Shown: positions 47,168-56,670 of the stretch, one piece after another | Numbering within the stretch: the first letter of the stretch is position 1 | How the letters are laid out: each line of letters begins with the position of its first letter | Assembly: GCA_041650735.1 (NCBI GenBank) | Contig: JBAZKP010000001.1 | Location: forward strand, 310,754 to 374,753 | DNA from: an archaeon | GTDB lineage: Archaea > Iainarchaeota > Iainarchaeia > Iainarchaeales > JAAZKV01 | Length of the DNA: 64,000 nt | Reading direction: 5' to 3' | Notes under the pieces: generated by a model | What the model saw: only the letters and a program-made list of their open reading frames with translations | What the model was told of the DNA's origin: nothing | The model's database searches: none | Translations under genes and position numbers: made by a program

Positions 47168-47716
47168 ATGGTTCAACTATCTTGGAATAAACACAAACAC
47201 GTGCATTTTCACAATACTTTGCTTGCTAAGGAAAACAAGGAATTAATTTTGTACGCAATTGTATTATTTGTTTTGCCTTTGTTTCCATTAAACCAACTTG
47301 TTGCAGGAACAATAATCAATGCTTTGTTGATAAAAACAGCGATAACCTACAAATCAAACAAAGTTTTTTTGTTGTCTATAATACCAAGTACAGGAGCGCT
47401 TGCAGGAGGGATTCTTTTCAGCAACCTGGCAAGCCAATTAATTTTAATGCTTCCAATAATCTGGTTAGGGAATTTAACAATAATGTTTTTGATGAAAAGC
47501 CTTTATACAAAGAAGGGTAAAGAATTTTTTTACTCAGCTTTATTTTCAGGAACAGCAAAAACAATATTATTATTCAGTGCATCTGTTTTTCTTTTCTCAC
47601 AATCACTCGTCCCTGTGTTGTTCCTAACAATGTTTGGAATAAACCAGCTGATTACCGCTGAAGCAGGCGCTATATTAGTGGCAGCTACAAATTATATTGC
47701 TAAAGAAATTTTCTAA
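47168..47716 (+). CDS. Multi-pass membrane protein, ECF S-component-like
   Basis: QLVAGTIINALL...GINQLITAEAG six-TM pattern; ATG 47168 chosen. Confidence 0.55.
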   Translation: MVQLSWNKHKHVHFHNTLLAKENKELILYAIVLFVLPLFPLNQLVAGTIINALLIKTAITYKSNKVFLLSIIPSTGALAGGILFSNLASQLILMLPIIWLGNLTIMFLMKSLYTKKGKEFFYSALFSGTAKTILLFSASVFLFSQSLVPVLFLTMFGINQLITAEAGAILVAATNYIAKEIF

Positions 47717-47735
47717 ATAGCAATTAAAAAAAGAA

Positions 47736-48341
47736 TCAAAACTTTCCTTCATAAGCTCTAACTTTTTTCTTTATTTTCTCAAGCGTTTTTTCATTAGGCT
47801 TTATGTGAGAATTATTCAGCGCTTCGCCGAGCAATGCTTTTGTCCCGCCATAATCATGCCCTGGCCAAAGAATAATTCTTTTATCAAGAGTTGAAATAAA
47901 AGCAAGGGATAAATCAAGTTCTAAATCATTCCCCCCATAAGCGGTTGTCCCAATCCCTTTAACAAACAAAGTGTCTCCGCTGAACAAATTATTTTCAATT
48001 AAATAACAAACACTGTCACCTGTGTGGCCGGGAGTGTGTAATACTTCAATAGCAAGTCCTGCAGCACTAATTAATTCTTTTTTTCCAAGCACATCTTTTT
48101 TAGGGAGAAATTCTTTCGCCCCAATTGATTGAAAATATTTTAAGAGCTCACAGTGATCAGGATGATTATGGGTAAGCAAAACCATTTCGACCAAAAGATT
48201 ATTTTTTTTCAAAGCATTTAGAATTGTTTTCAAATCCCCTGTTGGGTCAATAAGAATGCATTTTTTCAAATTCTCTTTAAAGACTAAATAAGAAAAATTA
48301 TTGTCAAAACCTTGAACTTCAAGCTGAATTACCTTAACCAT
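47736..48341 (-). CDS. MBL-fold metallo-hydrolase (glyoxalase II-like)
   Basis: THNHPDH, HTPGHT, FSGDTLF and WPGHDY motifs. Confidence 0.88.
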   Translation of the reverse strand: MVKVIQLEVQGFDNNFSYLVFKENLKKCILIDPTGDLKTILNALKKNNLLVEMVLLTHNHPDHCELLKYFQSIGAKEFLPKKDVLGKKELISAAGLAIEVLHTPGHTGDSVCYLIENNLFSGDTLFVKGIGTTAYGGNDLELDLSLAFISTLDKRIILWPGHDYGGTKALLGEALNNSHIKPNEKTLEKIKKKVRAYEGKF

Positions 48342-48462
48342 AAAGAATTTATAATCGGAAAGAATTATTATTAGTATCCTCTTTTTTTCTCAAAAATACA
48401 ACGTTTTTAATCCTTCCCTTGCAGAAACTATTTTAACAAAAAGCGGAGCTTTTGTTAAACAT

Positions 48463-48604
48463 GCCTTGGTCGTCCAGTGGTCTAGGATCTACCCCTGTCA
48501 GAAACTTTTTCAAAGTTTCATCAAAAGCACTACCCTGCTTCGCGGTGTAGAGCAGAAAAGTTTACTGTTCGGGTGGGACCCGGGTTCGAATCCCGGCCAA
48601 GGCG
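48463..48604 (+). tRNA. tRNA-Asp(GTC) with 69-nt intron at 37/38 (intron 48501-48569)
   Basis: Acceptor GCCTTGG/CCAAGGC plus G73; D-stem GTCC/GGAT; anticodon stem TACCC/GGGTG; CT-GTC-A; T-arm CCGGG-TTCGAAT-CCCGG; bulge-helix-bulge with AAACTTTT/AAAAGTTT. Confidence 0.9.
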
Positions 48605-48677
48605 TAATTATACAATTTTTTGGACAAACATAAGCCTGTTTTTTATACTTCTTAAGGACTATTTATTTAGTGAATTT

Positions 48678-51170
48678 ATGCCAAAAATCTCTATTACACT
48701 TTTATTCTTTCTTTTTTTATTTACAGGCCTTGCATTCTCTTCATCCATAAGGACTATGGTTGATGAAGAAATAGGCCTTATGCTTGAGGGAAAAACAATT
48801 GTAATTGACCCGGGGCATGGAGGAGCATTTACCGGCACAGCATATCCTTTAGGAGGAAAAGCTGATTTCATAGAAAGAGATGTTGTTCTAGAAATATCGA
48901 AAAAAATAAAGAGTGAACTGGAATCCAAAGGAGCAAAAGTTTTTTTAACAAGAGAAAGCAACGAAACAAACCCCAAATTTTCTACGAGAAGAAATACTGC
49001 TGATGTGCCAAATTCTATTTTAATAAGTATTCACTTAAATGGAAGCAATAATTCCTCAGCAAAAGGAATTGAGATTATTTATGATAAAAGAGCAGTTAAG
49101 CAGGAAGAAAGCAAGAAACTCGGTGAAGCAATTATAGAGGAATTGAAACCAATTTTTTATGAAGTACGTGGAAAAGGATTAAAAGATGTAAAAGAAGTAG
49201 GAAAAGAAGAGCTAAGCGTGCTTTACAGTCCACAAAGCAAAAAAAATCCTCTCAGACCCTCTATTCTCATAGAAGCAGGTTTTTTGACCAACCCGAGTGA
49301 CAGAATTTTTTTGTCAAATGATTTGGGGAGAGAAAAAATAGCGAAAGCGATTTCGGAAGGAATACAAGAATATTTTTCTGCAAAAAGCAATATGACAAAG
49401 GAAAGCATTGCTGCAAAAAGCAGTAAAGAAAAAATAGCTGTTTTAGGCAATACTCTTGTGGGGACAAGCAGTGGAACAAAAAACACTGTGCAAAAAGAAT
49501 TTTTTTCTGAACAACAAACAACCGAAAAAAGAATTGTTAAGATAACTGAGGAAGAACAGCAGATAAAATTAGAAAATATTAGCGATACTAACAAAGATTT
49601 GAAACCAGTATATATTGTTTTTCTTCCATTCGGAGAAAAATTTTCTCCTGAAGGTTTGTCAATAGTTGAATTGAAAAAAATATTTTGGGGGGCGGATTAT
49701 TTGTCAAAAAATAGAGTTCCGCTTGGATCAAAAAACCTTGATTTTTGTGGCGCATATTCTGTTGATGGAAATAAAGAACTTGAAATAGATTTTGCAAAAG
49801 CATATGGTAATATGACAAGAGTGTGCTTCAAAGAAAACACGTTTGAGGAAAAAACTTTTTCAATTAAAATTTTGGGTTGGAATAAAAAAGAATTTGCATT
49901 TATTGCTGCACAGGATAATGGGAAAATAATTAATAGATTTGATGAAGGGGAAATAACAAAAATGTTTTATCGAAATGCACTAGAAAAGGCAGAACCTGTA
50001 ATAGCCCAGCGCACCCAATCAGCAACAAAATATTTGGCAAAGCAAAGCAAATTGTGGGGGTGGGATGTTGCTGATGATGAGTGTGAAACAAATTACTGTG
50101 ATTCAGAACAATTCATGGTTTCACAAATAAGAAAAATACAAAAAGTAATAAATAGAGGGCTTTCACAGGAAGAAGAACAGAAACTAGTGAAAACATATGC
50201 TTTCTTGAAAGAAGATGGTTTCTCAGAGGATTTCTTTTCCGATTTTAAGAAAAGCCTTAGCGAAAAAATATTTGAGGCACCTGAGTGGTTTAAAGGAAAA
50301 AACGGATTGGGGGAGTTTTTTAGCGGAAAAATAAAAATTGTTCCTGAAAAAATAACTAATCCTGGATTGTACCAAGTAATAAGTTATTTTGAGTCAGCTA
50401 ATCAACCGGATTTAGATGCTTCGTCTCCAGAAGGAAAGCTTCTTTCGGAAACACTCAAAGAACAAATGTTTTTCGACGGAAAGCCAAACGGAACTATAAT
50501 AATTGAGTTGAAAAAAATAAAAGATGCGGAAAGCGTTGCCCCTTGGCTGAGGATACCTGTTGACGGTTCACTTGGGCTTGATGGGCACAGGAATGGCTAC
50601 GGCTCACTAGTTGCTGATGGTCCTGCAATTGTATGGGAAGTAAAATCAAACGGAGAAAAAATAGTTATTCCACTTGCATTAGCAGGAAGCAATCCTGTAC
50701 AATGGATTCATTCAAAAGAAACTTATTCCTCAAAAGGCGGCGGGTTATCAATAAAACCAACAGGGTCATACTCAATAATTCTTGATAAGAATTCGTTTGA
50801 GAGCGTGGGAGAGGCAATTGAATCACAAGGAGAAATGATTCTTGCTGATGAAAATAATGAAGAAGCAAATTTTTTATTTTCAAACGAAGAATTGGGGGAA
50901 ATTTATCTTGATGAATCAGAACAAACAGAGACAACTGAAAATCAGGAAGAACAAAACTCTGTTACCCAAAATGTTTTAAACAATGAAAATTCAGAACAAC
51001 AAGTAAATTCGCAAACAGGCTCTGCAGAACAAAAATTCATTTTCCCTTTCAAAACCGAGTTCTTGATTGTAATTATAGTATTTGTTTTACTTTCTGTTGC
51101 TTTTCTTTTATCTGCAAAAAAATGGAATAAGGAAAACCCTAAAAGAAGAAGAAACAAAGAAGAATATTGA
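48678..51170 (+). CDS. Surface-anchored N-acetylmuramoyl-L-alanine amidase (Amidase_3) fused to a lineage-type surface module
   Basis: Signal peptide from ATG 48678; IDPGHGG, ERDV, SIHLN and LIEAGFLTN (three Zn ligands plus catalytic Glu); C-terminal TM and basic tail. Confidence 0.85.
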   Translation: MPKISITLLFFLFLFTGLAFSSSIRTMVDEEIGLMLEGKTIVIDPGHGGAFTGTAYPLGGKADFIERDVVLEISKKIKSELESKGAKVFLTRESNETNPKFSTRRNTADVPNSILISIHLNGSNNSSAKGIEIIYDKRAVKQEESKKLGEAIIEELKPIFYEVRGKGLKDVKEVGKEELSVLYSPQSKKNPLRPSILIEAGFLTNPSDRIFLSNDLGREKIAKAISEGIQEYFSAKSNMTKESIAAKSSKEKIAVLGNTLVGTSSGTKNTVQKEFFSEQQTTEKRIVKITEEEQQIKLENISDTNKDLKPVYIVFLPFGEKFSPEGLSIVELKKIFWGADYLSKNRVPLGSKNLDFCGAYSVDGNKELEIDFAKAYGNMTRVCFKENTFEEKTFSIKILGWNKKEFAFIAAQDNGKIINRFDEGEITKMFYRNALEKAEPVIAQRTQSATKYLAKQSKLWGWDVADDECETNYCDSEQFMVSQIRKIQKVINRGLSQEEEQKLVKTYAFLKEDGFSEDFFSDFKKSLSEKIFEAPEWFKGKNGLGEFFSGKIKIVPEKITNPGLYQVISYFESANQPDLDASSPEGKLLSETLKEQMFFDGKPNGTIIIELKKIKDAESVAPWLRIPVDGSLGLDGHRNGYGSLVADGPAIVWEVKSNGEKIVIPLALAGSNPVQWIHSKETYSSKGGGLSIKPTGSYSIILDKNSFESVGEAIESQGEMILADENNEEANFLFSNEELGEIYLDESEQTETTENQEEQNSVTQNVLNNENSEQQVNSQTGSAEQKFIFPFKTEFLIVIIVFVLLSVAFLLSAKKWNKENPKRRRNKEEY

Positions 51171-51224
51171 TTAAAACGCAGGGCAAGTGAAGAGTTATTA
51201 AACACAAATAAACAAAATTTTGTA

Positions 51225-53618
51225 ATGAAAAAACCTGAACTGATTTTGCCAGCCGGCACATTGGATATGCTAAAGGCGGCGGTGCTTAATGGGGCTGATG
51301 CTGTTTATTTTGGGGCAAAAAAATTTAATGCAAGAATTCCTGCAAAAAATTTTGAGGAAGAAGAAATAAAAAAAGGAATTGATTTTTGCCATTTTTATGG
51401 AAAAAAAGCTTATTTAACAATAAATATTTTGCTGAAAGATTCTGAAATAAAAGAAGCAATTGAACTGGCAAAAAAAGCTTACTGTTTAGGAATTGATGCA
51501 ATAATAGTCCAGGATTTGGGATTCATTAGGGCATTAAGAGAATTACTTCCTGAATTGGAAATACATGCTTCTACACAAACAACATGCCACAATGTACAGG
51601 GGGCAGAGCTGCTCGCAGAATTAGGGGTTAAAAAAATTGTGCTGGCAAGAGAACTAACCATTAATGAAATCAAAGAAATAAAACAAGCAATGATTAAACA
51701 CAATGTGGAGATAGAATGCTTTATTCATGGCGCACTATGCTTTTCTTATTCAGGGCAATGCTTGTTTAGTTCATTCGCCTTCAATAAATCGGGGAATAGA
51801 GGGCAATGCTTACAACCATGCAGATTAGAATATGATTTATATGAAAAAGAAAAAATGACAAAACTTTTTGGGCAAAAAAAGAAATTTGTGTTATCAATGA
51901 AAGATTTGAATACATTGCATGTAATCAAAGAGCTTACTGAAGCAGGAATAGATTCATTTAAGGTAGAAGGAAGATTGAAAGGAATAAGCTATGTTGCGGC
52001 TGTAACACAAGCATACAGAAAAGCAATTGATGATTGCTTTGTAGGAAATGAAAAAAAACTTACTCGTGGCGATGAAAACTTTATGAAAATCGCTTTCTCC
52101 AGAGAACCAACAAAAGGATATGCATTTGAAGAAAAAGAAATGACTTATATTGAAAGCCCTGCCCATAAAGGAATTCTTGTTGCAAAAGTAATAGGATTCA
52201 ACCAAGGAACGCTGAAACTCGAATTATTCGAACCATTGCAGCAATGGGATAGGATAGCAATTGTAAACAAAGAACGTCCTGAAGAATTTGAAATAAAAAA
52301 AATGTTTATAGGGTCAAAAGAAACCCAAAGCGCATTTCCTGGCCAATTCGTTTTCATCCAAACTGGGGAAAGACCTTTTGTTGAAATGGGTGCACAGCTA
52401 TATATGGTCTCAAGCAGAGCACTCGCCAACATTGCTTTTGCCTCATTGAAAAGAAATTCCCGGGTAAATTATGATTTACGTGTTTTTGTGGTTGAGGGGC
52501 AGGAATTAAATGCTGTTGCTGAATTTGTAAACAAAAAAGTAAGGATTGGTTCAGGATTTATTTTAAGCAAATCAAAAACAACCGAAACAACAAGCGACCT
52601 TATAAAAGAAAAAGTTTTTAAGTCCTCAGAGTTTTTTGCGCCAGGAGATTTTTCCTGCGAAATAAAAGGAAAACCATTTGTGCCTTTAAGCATTCTAAAA
52701 GATTTCAAAGCAATAATTGCACAAAAAATGGAGGAAAATCTTTTTGAGGAAAACAGGAAAAAAATTGATGAACCCAGTTTTCTTAACAAGTTTAATGCGT
52801 TGCTAAAAATTGAAAATAAAATTTCTCCTGCAAGCGAAAATATTTCTTTTGTTGTTTTTGTTGAAAATGATACTTCTCCAAAAATGATTTCTGAAATAAA
52901 CAAGCACAAAGAAATTTCCGCGATTGTTCAATACTTTTTAGGGCAAAAGGAAAATGTTTTTATGAAAAAGGAATTTGGTGAAAAAGAATTTTTTGTAAAA
53001 TCGCCAAATATCCAGACAACAAACCAATTGAACGCATTTAATTTAATTACAAAAAATGAGAATATTGTCTGCTCTAACGTAGGTGCACTATGGATTGCTG
53101 TTCAGAGAAAAAAATCCAGTAAAGAATTCAAATTCTGGGTTGACAGGGAATTAAATACATTTAATTCTTTAACAGAAAAATTAATGCTTGAAATGGGTGC
53201 TGAAAAAATCATTCCTTCAATTGAATGCTCTTTCGTGCAGGTAAGCGAAATGAATTTTAGTGGAAAACTAGTCCCTCTGGTTTTCTTTTACCCTCTATTG
53301 ATGACATCAAAAGCATACTCAAAAAATCCTGCTGTAAAAACAGGAGATTATTTGCTTGTGGACAGAAAAAAATTTGAGTACAAAGTAAAATTAGATGAAA
53401 ACAAGTTGCTCCGAATATACAATCCTGTTCCTGTTGATATGCTATTTGAGTTAGAAAAATTTTCTGGATTTGGATTAGCGGGAATTGATTTGATTTCAAT
53501 GAACGAAAAAGAATCCTTGCATGCAATCAAATTTGCGATGGAAAAACTTTTGGGAAAAAATCCTGCAAAAAAATTTGCCTCATTCACAAGAGGGCATTAC
53601 AAAAAAGAACTGGAATAA
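51225..53618 (+). CDS. U32 family protein (RlhA/TrhP-like RNA hydroxylation), long form
   Basis: GADAVYFG, HASTQ, LARE, FIHGALCFSYSGQC...NRGQCLQPCR, SFKVEGR motifs. Confidence 0.85.
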   Translation: MKKPELILPAGTLDMLKAAVLNGADAVYFGAKKFNARIPAKNFEEEEIKKGIDFCHFYGKKAYLTINILLKDSEIKEAIELAKKAYCLGIDAIIVQDLGFIRALRELLPELEIHASTQTTCHNVQGAELLAELGVKKIVLARELTINEIKEIKQAMIKHNVEIECFIHGALCFSYSGQCLFSSFAFNKSGNRGQCLQPCRLEYDLYEKEKMTKLFGQKKKFVLSMKDLNTLHVIKELTEAGIDSFKVEGRLKGISYVAAVTQAYRKAIDDCFVGNEKKLTRGDENFMKIAFSREPTKGYAFEEKEMTYIESPAHKGILVAKVIGFNQGTLKLELFEPLQQWDRIAIVNKERPEEFEIKKMFIGSKETQSAFPGQFVFIQTGERPFVEMGAQLYMVSSRALANIAFASLKRNSRVNYDLRVFVVEGQELNAVAEFVNKKVRIGSGFILSKSKTTETTSDLIKEKVFKSSEFFAPGDFSCEIKGKPFVPLSILKDFKAIIAQKMEENLFEENRKKIDEPSFLNKFNALLKIENKISPASENISFVVFVENDTSPKMISEINKHKEISAIVQYFLGQKENVFMKKEFGEKEFFVKSPNIQTTNQLNAFNLITKNENIVCSNVGALWIAVQRKKSSKEFKFWVDRELNTFNSLTEKLMLEMGAEKIIPSIECSFVQVSEMNFSGKLVPLVFFYPLLMTSKAYSKNPAVKTGDYLLVDRKKFEYKVKLDENKLLRIYNPVPVDMLFELEKFSGFGLAGIDLISMNEKESLHAIKFAMEKLLGKNPAKKFASFTRGHYKKELE

Positions 53619-53666
53619 CTTGCTTAAAAAAACAAAATTTGCTTCGAGAACAAAATACTAGAGTCT

Positions 53667-54038
53667 TTATGCTTCAATCATTTTCTTCAAATCAACTTTC
53701 TTTATTGTTATCTGAAGAGAACCAGCTGCTTTTCCTGAAAGCAATTCACCAGTAACAGGAGTAAAGCCAGAACTGCTGATTAAAGCATTCATCTTTAACC
53801 TGACTTCTTTTCCTTTTACCTCGATTTTTCCGCTCAAAGCATTAACCTCGAATTCGCGCTTGTAACTAATCTTTTCTACTGTTCCGCGCTGGCCGTGAGA
53901 AATAATATCAAAGTCCTTCAAAGCGCCTTTGCCTCCTGAAATAAAGCCATAACCAATGTCATTTTCCTTAGCAAAAGTCTCAAGAGCAGGAAAAATTTCT
54001 TCCCCATCATCCAGAATAACAGTATAAGTATTACCCAT
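53667..54038 (-). CDS. PPC/DUF296 domain protein
   Basis: LETFAKENDI...GKGAL...FEVNALSG...GELLSG pattern. Confidence 0.7.
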   Translation of the reverse strand: MGNTYTVILDDGEEIFPALETFAKENDIGYGFISGGKGALKDFDIISHGQRGTVEKISYKREFEVNALSGKIEVKGKEVRLKMNALISSSGFTPVTGELLSGKAAGSLQITIKKVDLKKMIEA

Positions 54039-54143
54039 GAAACCACCAAACAACTACAATCAATTTACTTAAACAATCATTTAAATAACTTAACTAAAAG
54101 GAGCAAAATTAAGGCAAAGTACTGAGAAAGTGTTTCATAAAAG

Positions 54144-54734
54144 TTATTTTACTTTAATAGTACGGTATTTTTTTACCCTTAAACCGGGTTTTTGCCATTC
54201 CTCAGGAGTTAACCCTGCTTTCATGCACAAATGCCTTAAGAAATCCTCTTTTTTTGGGAGCTGTTCCCACACACTTGGCAAAAAAGTAGCTTGGTTAAAT
54301 CCCTTTGAAATGATTAACCCGTCTTTTCCCGGAGAAATTTTTTTAAGCAAATCCTCTGCACTGGAAAAGTCAAATCCCATTGGGTCAGTAAGCACTGAAA
54401 TCTCAAACGCGAGAGAAGAAAATTCTTCTTTGCGCAAAGAAACAAACCGTGGATCAGAAAAAGCAGCAGCATAAGCATTTTCAATAATATCTTTGTACAA
54501 AGGCTGAAAAGAAGTCAAATGGCCAATACAGCCCCTCAATTCTTTTCCAATCATTAAAGTAACAAAACAAGCTTTTTCTTCAAGCAATTTTTTAGGAACT
54601 TTTTTCATTTCCTTTTCATCCAGTTTAAGCAAACAATCATTCCGAAGCGAATACTCTACGGATTTCTTTGCTAATTCAAGGCAAAATTTTTTTTCTTTTG
54701 CATTCAAAGAAAATTCTTTTGTTTTTCCAGACAT
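54144..54734 (-). CDS. amrA: AmmeMemoRadiSam system protein A (AMMECR1)
   Basis: ACFVTL, LRGCIG, AAFSDPRF, EISVL, ATFLPSVW motifs. Confidence 0.9.
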   Translation of the reverse strand: MSGKTKEFSLNAKEKKFCLELAKKSVEYSLRNDCLLKLDEKEMKKVPKKLLEEKACFVTLMIGKELRGCIGHLTSFQPLYKDIIENAYAAAFSDPRFVSLRKEEFSSLAFEISVLTDPMGFDFSSAEDLLKKISPGKDGLIISKGFNQATFLPSVWEQLPKKEDFLRHLCMKAGLTPEEWQKPGLRVKKYRTIKVK

Positions 54735-54735
54735 A

Positions 54736-55509
54736 TTACTTCCCTTCCTTATCAATAAAAGCAATTGATGCATATCCTACAACATTATTTTTGTTCCCTG
54801 AAGTGTCCCCTGAATTCTTGTATTCAAGGAGCAAAGGTTTCCATCCATATTTTTTTGCCAAAATAATTAAAACAGCAATACCTGTTTTGCCGCAAGCATC
54901 ACCTGATTCAATAAATGTATTTAAGTCAAGTTTAAGAACAGAATCAATTGACTCAGAATCAGATTTTTTTGCTAAATCATACGAAAGATAATGACTCAAA
55001 TCAGAGCTTGCAATGAACACAGTTTCTTTTTCAGAAAACTTTTCAATGATTTCACCAAGCTTCTTTGCAGAAATTTCACCATAAATAATAGGAGTAAAAG
55101 CAAATTTTTTCAAAACCTTTTGAAGAAAAGGAACTTGTACCTCAAGGCAATGCTCCTGATCATTTTTAATAACAGGCAAATCATTTTTTGAAACACTTAT
55201 TGAGCCTAAAGGAGTAACCCATTTTCCTTCAAAACTATTTGCTCCCTCAACAAAGTCATGATGGCTTGGGCCAAAAAGAACAATACGCTTTGGCTTTGCT
55301 TTTTTTAAAGCGCTGAAAGCAAAAGCAGCAACCTGTCCTGAATAAACATATCCTGCATGAGGAACAACAAGAGCCCTGAGTTTTCCGTTTATTTTTTTCT
55401 GTTCAGAATTTTTTAAAAAACCACCAATCATTTCAGAAAGAGCTTTTTTTCCAGACGGGTAAAAACTCCCTGCATACAAAGCATTCCTTGTAGTTTTTTG
55501 TTCCCTCAT
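54736..55509 (-). CDS. amrB: AmmeMemoRadiSam system protein B (MEMO1 family)
   Basis: AGSFYP, VPHAGYVYSG, GPSH, EHCLEVQVPF, SSDLSHY, ACG, VVGYASI. Confidence 0.9.
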   Translation of the reverse strand: MREQKTTRNALYAGSFYPSGKKALSEMIGGFLKNSEQKKINGKLRALVVPHAGYVYSGQVAAFAFSALKKAKPKRIVLFGPSHHDFVEGANSFEGKWVTPLGSISVSKNDLPVIKNDQEHCLEVQVPFLQKVLKKFAFTPIIYGEISAKKLGEIIEKFSEKETVFIASSDLSHYLSYDLAKKSDSESIDSVLKLDLNTFIESGDACGKTGIAVLIILAKKYGWKPLLLEYKNSGDTSGNKNNVVGYASIAFIDKEGK

Positions 55510-55529
55510 AATAGTTTCACTTTCATAAA

Positions 55530-56558
55530 TTAATCAAAAATTCCTTTAATTTTTTCTCCGCACCTAATGCATTTCCCTTTGTTTAATTCAAGAACCTGCG
55601 CATTAAACCCATCTCTCTTAATGAGCAAAGTATTGCATTTAGGGCAATAAGTATTTTCATTTCCCGCCCTAATATTTCCCCCATAAACAAAATTTAATCC
55701 AGTTTCTTTTCCAATTCTTACTGCGCGCATAATTTCCTCGGAACTTGCCGGTCGCACATTATTCATTCTGTGAGTAGGAAAAAAAGCGCTAACATGCCAA
55801 GGGATATTTTTGTCAATGCTGTGAATAAAATCTGCGATTTGTTCCAGTTCTTCACCAGAATCATTTTTTCCAGGAATAAGAAGAGTGGTAAGCTCGATCC
55901 AGGTTCCTGTTTTATAAAAATCCTTAATGCATTTCAAAACTTTTTCAAGTTCTGCTCCGCAAATTTTTCTGTAAAAATCTGCATTAAATGATTTCAAATC
56001 AATGTTTGTCGCATCAAGCCTTGTTTTTGATTTTTTTAATTCAGTTATTTGTTCCTCGCTTGCATAACCATTGCTCACATACACTGTGCCGAGTTTTGGT
56101 TTCTGTTTTTTTGCAAGCTTAATTGCGTCAATATTATATTCCACGCTAATTGCAGGCTCGTTATAGGTAATAGCAATGCTTTTTGCAGAGCTTTTTTTTG
56201 CAAAAGAAATAAATTCTTTTGGTGAAACAGTTTCAATTTTTTTTACTTGCTCTTCGAGTAATTTTCCCCTCATACAGGAAATATCATAATTCTGGCAAAA
56301 GTCGCATCTAAAATTGCATCCAAAAAAACCAATGCTTGCAACCGTGCTGCCCGGCAAGTAATGAAACAAAGGTTTTTTTTCTATAGGATCAATATGCAAA
56401 GAACAGGGTTTTGAATGAGTAAGAAGAATTATTTTTCCTTCTATATTTTTCCTTGCACCGCACAAACCGAAACGATTTTCAGGAATAATGCAGTTATGCC
56501 TGCAGGCAAGACACCTAATATTCCCTGATTTTTCTTTTTTAAAAAAAACTTTTTCCAT
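55530..56558 (-). CDS. amrS: AmmeMemoRadiSam radical SAM enzyme
   Basis: DPIEKKPLFHY, GCNFRCDFCQN (CxxxCxxC), TYNEP, C-terminal CPKC/CIRC zinc sites. Confidence 0.92.
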   Translation of the reverse strand: MEKVFFKKEKSGNIRCLACRHNCIIPENRFGLCGARKNIEGKIILLTHSKPCSLHIDPIEKKPLFHYLPGSTVASIGFFGCNFRCDFCQNYDISCMRGKLLEEQVKKIETVSPKEFISFAKKSSAKSIAITYNEPAISVEYNIDAIKLAKKQKPKLGTVYVSNGYASEEQITELKKSKTRLDATNIDLKSFNADFYRKICGAELEKVLKCIKDFYKTGTWIELTTLLIPGKNDSGEELEQIADFIHSIDKNIPWHVSAFFPTHRMNNVRPASSEEIMRAVRIGKETGLNFVYGGNIRAGNENTYCPKCNTLLIKRDGFNAQVLELNKGKCIRCGEKIKGIFD

Positions 56559-56620
56559 GAATAGTATTAATTCAAAAGCAATTAAAAAATGATTTAATTT
56601 TCATGCCGAGGGCAAGGTGG

Positions 56621-56651
56621 AAAAAAAGCAAGGTTTGCTAAATCGCAAACC
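56621..56651 (-). terminator. Hairpin plus T-run downstream of the small coiled-coil gene
   Basis: GGTTTGC-n6-GCAAACC stem followed on the minus strand by TTGCTTTTTTT. Confidence 0.4.
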
Positions 56652-56670
56652 AGTTTAATGAATAATTCAA

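Noticed and set aside
48573-48677. ORF-track N-terminal extension of the amidase (MGPGFESRPRR...)
   Set aside because: Overlaps the tRNA 3' exon; a signal peptide starts at ATG 48678
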